DNA of 32,000 nucleotides from Candidatus Baldrarchaeota archaeon (GTDB lineage Archaea; Asgardarchaeota; Baldrarchaeia; Baldrarchaeales; DXJG01): NCBI GenBank assembly GCA_019056805.1, contig DXJG01000007.1, positions 60,001 to 92,000 of the forward strand, read 5' to 3'. Shown piece by piece: positions 26,324 to 32,000 of this stretch (position 1 is its first letter; each line of letters starts with the position of its first letter). The notes under the pieces were generated by a model. It saw only the letters and a program-made list of their open reading frames with translations, ran no database searches and was not told where the DNA came from. The position numbers and the translations under genes were made by a program.

Positions 26324-28111
26324 GTGGAACGTGAATTGAAACGTTCAAAAATAGTTTTGATGGTGTTAGCTTTTATAGCTGCAATCATAGCCTATATGCT
26401 TGCTCCTCCTAATGCTCAGCTCGGAACTTATTCAGCTACTCTTTCCTTTCCTAATCCTACTAATTATTCTCAAATCGAGAAGGTTTCTTTTACCTTTGTT
26501 CTATCAGATAAGGAAGCTGTTGAGTGGAATCAATATGTTTTTAGCTTCGAAGACTTTAATGTTACTGTTTACGCTAAGGAAAGTTACGCTTTAGCTCCTG
26601 GCTCGATTGTAGAGTTTAAAGTTAAGATGATTTGGCATAATAATTCAATTATTAAAATTACCTCGAGTTTAATGGTAATTACAATTAAAAATGATAGAGG
26701 TTTTAGTGTTGATATTAGACCTTCAAAAATTGAAGATGATGCTTATGTTTTTAAGTATAGACCTCTTGTGAAGTCGAAGGAAGCTTTTGCAATTTTGGTT
26801 TTAATAGGTTTTCTATGGTTTACAGAAACTATACCACTATCAAGTTCAGCTTTACTTGTCCCTGTACTAGCTGTTGTGCTTCATATTCTTGATCCTAAAA
26901 CTGCTCTTGCACCCTTTTTCCATCCTGTCGTAGCTCTTATTGTAGGTGGTTTATTTATTGGTATAGCATTACAAAAACATCAAATAGATAAGCGAATTGC
27001 ATTAGCAATTTTGTCTAGAACTGGTGGAGGAGGCCCAACACTAATTCTTATCATGATGTTTACGACTGCGTTTCTAAGCTTTTGGATTTCTAACACTGCA
27101 TCCGCTGCAATAATGCTTCCTATAGGTCTAGCTGTTTTGGGGAAAATTGGGAAAAAAGGGCTTAAGAGTAATTATGGTAGAGCTATGATTCTTGGCATCG
27201 CTTATTCAGCAACTATAGGTGGTATTGGTACTTTAATAGGAACTACACCTAACCTTATTGCTGCAGGTATGTTACAAGAGTTGCTTGGACTAAGATTTTT
27301 CTTTACGGATTGGATTCCTTTCGGTATACCATATGTTATTATATTTATTCCCGTTGCTTGGAAGGTATTGACAATTGTTTATAAGCCTGAAAAGGAATTG
27401 GAAAAAGAACTTTGTATGATAGCGGAGCATAGTCGCGAAGAACTTAAAAAACTGGGTCCTATGACTTTTCAGCAGAAAGCTGTAGTTGTTGTTTTCATAG
27501 GTACAGTTGTTTTATGGTTTACTGAGAAAATGCCAGAATTTATAGTTAGGGTTACTGGTTTTAGTGGTCACGGTATATCGAGCAGTATAGTTGCCCTTAT
27601 AGGTGCTGTTTCACTGTATTTCCTAGGTTTACTGGATGAAAGTGATGTAAAGGAGATTAATTGGTCTGCTATTCTTATTATTGGTGGTGGTATATGTTTA
27701 GGTGAAGTTATTATGGGTACTGGTGTTAGTGAGTGGATAGCTCTTCAATTAGGTGGTCTTAAAGGTGTACCTGTGATTTTCTTAAACTTCCTTGTTGGTG
27801 CTTTATCTCTCATTATTACTATGTTTGCTTCTAACACAGCTGCTGCAGCCATATTGGTTCCAATCGCTATTCCTCTTGCGATATCTCTCGGAACCGACCC
27901 AGTTCTTTTGACAATCACTATTGCTATTGCTGCATCTCTTGACTTTGCTTTGCCAGTTGGAACTCCTCCAAGTACATTAGCATATAGTACAGGTTTGGTA
28001 AAACTTAGAGAAATGTTAAAAGTAGGTTTAATACTGGACCTGATATCACTGCTATTGTTAACTTTTGGAATAGTTTGGATCTGGAGGCTCCTAGGCTTAG
28101 TAGCCCTCTAG
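26324..28111 (+). CDS. DASS/SLC13 family sodium-coupled di-/tricarboxylate or sulfate symporter with inserted extracellular domain
   Basis: WFTETIPL, ISNTASA, GTTPN, ASNTAAA and PVGTPP motifs. Confidence 0.92.
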   Translation: MERELKRSKIVLMVLAFIAAIIAYMLAPPNAQLGTYSATLSFPNPTNYSQIEKVSFTFVLSDKEAVEWNQYVFSFEDFNVTVYAKESYALAPGSIVEFKVKMIWHNNSIIKITSSLMVITIKNDRGFSVDIRPSKIEDDAYVFKYRPLVKSKEAFAILVLIGFLWFTETIPLSSSALLVPVLAVVLHILDPKTALAPFFHPVVALIVGGLFIGIALQKHQIDKRIALAILSRTGGGGPTLILIMMFTTAFLSFWISNTASAAIMLPIGLAVLGKIGKKGLKSNYGRAMILGIAYSATIGGIGTLIGTTPNLIAAGMLQELLGLRFFFTDWIPFGIPYVIIFIPVAWKVLTIVYKPEKELEKELCMIAEHSREELKKLGPMTFQQKAVVVVFIGTVVLWFTEKMPEFIVRVTGFSGHGISSSIVALIGAVSLYFLGLLDESDVKEINWSAILIIGGGICLGEVIMGTGVSEWIALQLGGLKGVPVIFLNFLVGALSLIITMFASNTAAAAILVPIAIPLAISLGTDPVLLTITIAIAASLDFALPVGTPPSTLAYSTGLVKLREMLKVGLILDLISLLLLTFGIVWIWRLLGLVAL

Positions 28112-28433
28112 TTCGTTTACTTCTCTTTTAACCGTTCAAAAATAAGTTTACTGTCTTTTTATCTCTTCTTTGGTGTAATTTCCACGTAGTACCATTAAAA
28201 CTGAAACTTATTGCTCATTTTAACCAATATAAGTATAAGTCCGTGAGCTAAAGATGTGATGCTTAGAGTATCGCTCCATGCTATATGTATATGTTGGCTG
28301 GCAAATATTGCCTTATGTCTTGTTAGAAGGTGAATTGCATTAGCTTTAGAATGTAATATAATTTATAAAAAGTAATGTCAACAAATTATTGTGCATTTAC
28401 TTCGTTAAAATTCTCCAAGTGGGAGTGGTTTTA

Positions 28434-29168
28434 ATGATTATTGATGACTTTTTCGAAGGAGTTATGAATTTACTTAAAAAAGTTAAAGAAACCCAAAAAG
28501 AAGTTATGCTTAAAGTAGCAGAACTCATAAAAGACGTACTTAAGGAGGATAAATTGATACATATATATGGATCTGGTCACTCACAGATATTAGCACAAGA
28601 GGTATTCTACCGAGCTGGAGGCTTAGTACCGATTAATGCGATGCTTGATCTAGGAACCTCAGTTTACGCTGGAGCCTTAAAGAGTACATCAGTTGAGAGA
28701 CTACCTGGTTATGGTAAATTGTTATTAGATTACTATCAAATTGAGAAAGGAGACTTACTTATAATAGTATCTAGCTCGGGTATAAATGTTGTTCCGGTCG
28801 ATCTTGCTTTGGGAGCAAAAGAAAGAGGAGCAACCGTGGTTGCAATAACTTCTATAGAATTTTCTAAGTCGTCTCCAGCAAGACATTCTTCTGGAAAGAA
28901 ATTGTATGAAGTAGCGGACATTGTAATTGATAATTTAGTCCCACCGGGAGATGCTTTATTATCTGTTCCTGGGATAAAAACGAAAATGGCACCAGTATCT
29001 ACGATAATAAACTCTGTGATTCTTCACTCGATACTAAGCATGGCAGCAAAGATATTAGCTGATGAAGGAATCGAACCTCCAGTTTGGTTAAGTGCAAATG
29101 TCCCAGGAGGAGATGAATTTAATAAAGCGTACGTAAAAAAATACAAGTATCGGATTAAAGCCCTTTAG
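28434..29168 (+). CDS. SIS-domain sugar-phosphate isomerase-like protein (UPF0309-like)
   Basis: YGSGHS, YRAGGL, SSSGIN and PPVWLSAN motifs. ATG 28434 follows GGGAGTGG (track start 28389). Confidence 0.85.
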   Translation: MIIDDFFEGVMNLLKKVKETQKEVMLKVAELIKDVLKEDKLIHIYGSGHSQILAQEVFYRAGGLVPINAMLDLGTSVYAGALKSTSVERLPGYGKLLLDYYQIEKGDLLIIVSSSGINVVPVDLALGAKERGATVVAITSIEFSKSSPARHSSGKKLYEVADIVIDNLVPPGDALLSVPGIKTKMAPVSTIINSVILHSILSMAAKILADEGIEPPVWLSANVPGGDEFNKAYVKKYKYRIKAL

Positions 29169-29289
29169 ATACCGCATTCATAATAATTAGATAAAAGTAG
29201 CTTCCTACTTTTTCTCTCTTAAAACCTATTTATTATTCTTGAGAATCAAAAAAATATTTGAGGGCTGAATCAAAAGGACATGTCACATA

Positions 29290-29326
29290 TTCGATGATGA
29301 AACCTCATTCAGTTTTCATTATCGAA
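29290..29326. terminator. 13-bp hairpin between convergent SIS and EIIA genes
   Basis: TTCGATGATGAAA pairs with TTTCATTATCGAA with one G-T pair and an 11-nt loop. Confidence 0.5.
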
Positions 29327-29364
29327 AATATTATGATGTAATTATAAGAGGAGTTAAAACGAAT

Positions 29365-29838
29365 TTAGAGTTTTTCTAGTGCTTCTTTTATATGTTGGTA
29401 TAATTTATCCACAGTTTTTGCTTTTCTCATTTTTTTAATGTTTTCTTCTTTTTGTAGGAATTTTGCCAATTGAGCAATTGCTTTTACATGTGATCTTTTG
29501 TCAGTTGTCGTGAATCCAATTATTATATCTACAGGATCGTTGTCGGGGTTTCCAAAGTTTATTGGATTTTGTAATCTTATCAAAGCTAGTGCTGGTTTCT
29601 TGGCACCTTCTTCTGGTCGGGCATGTGGCAATGCTATCCCCTTTGTTATTACGATATATGGACCCATTTCCTCAACGGTTTTTATCATTGCTTCAATATA
29701 TTTTGGCTCCGCTGCATCTATTTTCACTAAAATTTCACCAACTTTGATCACAGCATCTTTCCAGTCCGATACTGGAACATCTATGGCTATAGCTTCTTTC
29801 TTTAGGAGATCTAATAAACTGAATTCTGCTGTACTCAT
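29365..29838 (-). CDS. PTS EIIA component (PTS_EIIA_2; UlaC/SgaA-like)
   Basis: GPYIVITKGIALPHARP containing the phospho-accepting His, plus FGNPDNDPV...SH. Confidence 0.9.
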   Translation of the reverse strand: MSTAEFSLLDLLKKEAIAIDVPVSDWKDAVIKVGEILVKIDAAEPKYIEAMIKTVEEMGPYIVITKGIALPHARPEEGAKKPALALIRLQNPINFGNPDNDPVDIIIGFTTTDKRSHVKAIAQLAKFLQKEENIKKMRKAKTVDKLYQHIKEALEKL

Positions 29839-30039
29839 TTTAACTCACTTGCAAAGTTCCTTAATAGTGTTTTTTTCTTTGTTTATATAACTATTGTTAA
29901 AATGGGAAAATTGTTTGTACAGTCAGTAAGTAGGTTTAGTATGTTTTTGCTAGTTTTTGTTTAAAATTTAAAAATAGATAAGAATGACATTACTATTGCT
30001 GTTCATCTTGTATTGGATAAAAGTGTAGGAAGTATTGCA

Positions 30040-31764
30040 ATGGAACAAATTTTAAGGGGAATTGGCGTATATCCGGCTTTAAGCATTGGAAGAATTGTTA
30101 TTCTTAAGAGATATACACTTGAGAATATGATAAATAAAGCATTAGAAAAACAAATAACAGTGGATAATTTTAAAGAAGCGATTGAAAGGACGAGAAAAGA
30201 AATAGAAAGTATAATAAGGTCTCTCCCTGAGGGAAAAGAGGAACTATCGAAAATCATAGAGTTTCAATTAATGCTATTAGAAGATGATTCCTTCATCGGT
30301 AAAATATACGAGTTAATTAATAAAGGAAGTCACCCTGCTAGAGCGTTGAAAGAAGCTATTAATGAAATTAAAGAGATGTTTTCGAGGATGGATAGTATTT
30401 ATATGCGAGAAAGAGTAAATGACGTCATTGATCTGGGTACACGTATTCTTAAAAACCTTTTAGGTTTGTCGGAAGTAGGGGTAGAGAGTGGAACAGTTAT
30501 TGTCTCTGACGAACTTCATCCAAGCGAGGTAATCATGCTTTCTGATAAAGTCTCGGGGATCATCACGGTCCGTGGTTCAGCTTTATCACACTTTGCTATT
30601 ATAGCAAGAGAGCTTGGAATTCCTACTGTAGTTAATGTTCATGAGGCGTTAAATTGTATTAAAGGTAAAGAAAAGGTAATAGTTAATGCTTTGTCTGGGT
30701 TAGTTATTATAAATCCTTCAGAGGATGAGGAGTTAAAGTATAAAGAGATGAAAGCACGTTGGGATAAAGACTTCCAGCTTATTATGAACCAAGCAAAGGA
30801 ACCTGCCAGTACAAAGGATGGTACACGTATTTTTGTTGTTGCAAATTTAGGGAGAATAGATGAAGTAGAAACTGCGGCGTATTATGGTGCTGAAGGAGTT
30901 GGACTATTTAGAACAGAATTTTTATTTCTGGGTAGAGATTCACCGCCATCAGAAGATGAACAATTTAATACATTTAAGCTTGCAGTTCAACGATTATCTC
31001 CTGGAAATGTTTTTGTAAGAACCTTAGATATTGGTTCCGATAAACAAATACAATATATCCCCATGTATCATGAGCCGAATCCAGCATTAGGCAAGCGAGG
31101 TATAAGACTTTATTGGAAAGAGATAAAAAATATCGTCTTGACTCAAATAAAGGCAATACTTCGAGCAGCGGCACATGGTTCAATAGGGATTATGTTTCCC
31201 ATGGTAACGGATATTTCAGAAATTATTGAAGGTAAGAATCTAGTTGATATAGCAAGAAAAGAGTTGAAGAATGAAGGGAAAAAGTTTGGTAATGCAAAAA
31301 TTGGTATCATGATAGAAACTCCTTCAGCAGCCATGTTAGCTGACGAATTCATTAAATATGTGGACTTCATGAGTATAGGAACAAATGATCTTACTCAATA
31401 TACATTAGCAGTTGATAGAACAGGTATGGAAACACCACCATTTTTTGACCATCTTCATCCATCGGTTTTAAGGCTAGTAAAATATGTAATCAATGCCGTA
31501 AAGGGTACGGGAGTAGAATTAAGCGTCTGTGGTGAAAGTGCATCTGATATTTATGCAATCCCTATTTTAATTGGCCTAGGCATCAGAAAACTTAGCGTAG
31601 CACCACTTCTTACTCCAATTGTGAAACACATAGCAAGACTATTTAGGATAGATGAATTAGAAGAATTGGCTAATGAAGCTTTAAAAGCTAACTCATCACA
31701 AAAAGTACGTGAACTTGTAAAAGAGTTTTATATAAGGAAAAAAGTTTCCTTACTAGTATTTTAA
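30040..31764 (+). CDS. ptsI: PTS enzyme I, phosphoenolpyruvate-protein phosphotransferase
   Basis: SHFAIIARELGIP (active His), GLFRTEF, RTLDIGSDK, NPALGKRGIR, MIETP, SIGTNDLTQY and VCGE. ATG 30040 preferred (track start 30013). Confidence 0.96.
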   Translation: MEQILRGIGVYPALSIGRIVILKRYTLENMINKALEKQITVDNFKEAIERTRKEIESIIRSLPEGKEELSKIIEFQLMLLEDDSFIGKIYELINKGSHPARALKEAINEIKEMFSRMDSIYMRERVNDVIDLGTRILKNLLGLSEVGVESGTVIVSDELHPSEVIMLSDKVSGIITVRGSALSHFAIIARELGIPTVVNVHEALNCIKGKEKVIVNALSGLVIINPSEDEELKYKEMKARWDKDFQLIMNQAKEPASTKDGTRIFVVANLGRIDEVETAAYYGAEGVGLFRTEFLFLGRDSPPSEDEQFNTFKLAVQRLSPGNVFVRTLDIGSDKQIQYIPMYHEPNPALGKRGIRLYWKEIKNIVLTQIKAILRAAAHGSIGIMFPMVTDISEIIEGKNLVDIARKELKNEGKKFGNAKIGIMIETPSAAMLADEFIKYVDFMSIGTNDLTQYTLAVDRTGMETPPFFDHLHPSVLRLVKYVINAVKGTGVELSVCGESASDIYAIPILIGLGIRKLSVAPLLTPIVKHIARLFRIDELEELANEALKANSSQKVRELVKEFYIRKKVSLLVF

Positions 31765-31780
31765 AATCAGAGGTGAACCT

Positions 31781-32000
31781 ATGAAGATAGTTGAAGCAAG
31801 AGTGCAAATATTAAATAAAGTTGGCTTGCATGCAAGGCCAGCAGTTCAATTTGTAAAAGAAGCAAAAAAATTTAACTCCAAAATAATAGTGTGCAAAGAA
31901 GGAGAATCTGGAGATGCTAAAGTACTCTTACAAGTCCTAGCTCTTGATGTTCAATACGGCGATGAAATAATAATTAAGGCAGAAGGTGAAGATGCAGAAG
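31781..32000 (+). CDS. ptsH: PTS phosphocarrier HPr (runs off the window end; absent from the ORF track)
   Basis: Manual translation MKIVEARVQILNKVGLHARPAVQFVKEAKKFNSKI...DAKVLLQVLALDVQYGDEIIIKAEGEDAE. GAGGTGA ribosome-binding site at 31770-31776. Confidence 0.95.
   Translation, partial: MKIVEARVQILNKVGLHARPAVQFVKEAKKFNSKIIVCKEGESGDAKVLLQVLALDVQYGDEIIIKAEGEDAE

Noticed and set aside
28120-28356. Minus-strand frame reading ...SITSLAHGLILILVK... with internal stops, vaguely like a decayed HExxH motif
   Set aside because: Both the Glu and the second His are missing; the similarity is too weak to call a pseudogene.
29294-29300. ATGATGA box C motif (also at 6531-6537) suggesting C/D-box sRNAs
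   Set aside because: No CTGA box D at a suitable distance downstream on the same strand.

Overview
AT-rich window, most likely archaeal: GGAGGTG(A)-type ribosome-binding sites, T-run terminators, an archaeal DUF5814-type helicase and an archaeal polyprenol-kinase fragment. The lineage cannot be fixed from sequence alone. In order, it holds: a SAM methyltransferase, an Nmad3-like gene, an EamA transporter, a DppA aminopeptidase, two tandem divergent membrane pyrophosphatases, a free-standing HTH-LAGLIDADG gene abutting a 5'-truncated polyprenol kinase, an NTase/CDP-alcohol phosphotransferase fusion, a frameshifted secreted subtilase followed by two paralogous membrane proteins, adenine deaminase, a ferritin-like protein, endonuclease III, a Ski2-like helicase, a large clostripain-family surface protease, a radical SAM enzyme, a DASS transporter, a SIS protein and a PTS cluster (EIIA, EI, partial HPr). 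Four observations stand out. (1) The subtilase signal-peptide ORF joins the catalytic ORF by a -1 shift at A-AAA-AAT, with a hairpin 9 nt downstream (candidate programmed frameshift; an assembly error is not excluded). (2) The subtilase is followed by [membrane gene]-[orphan subtilase tail]-[membrane gene], resembling a toxin/immunity cassette array. (3) The two mPPase genes share near-identical DNA tracts over catalytic motifs (apparent gene conversion) yet differ at TM6 gate residues. (4) A PTS occurs in an apparently archaeal genome. No rRNA, tRNA or CRISPR array was seen.
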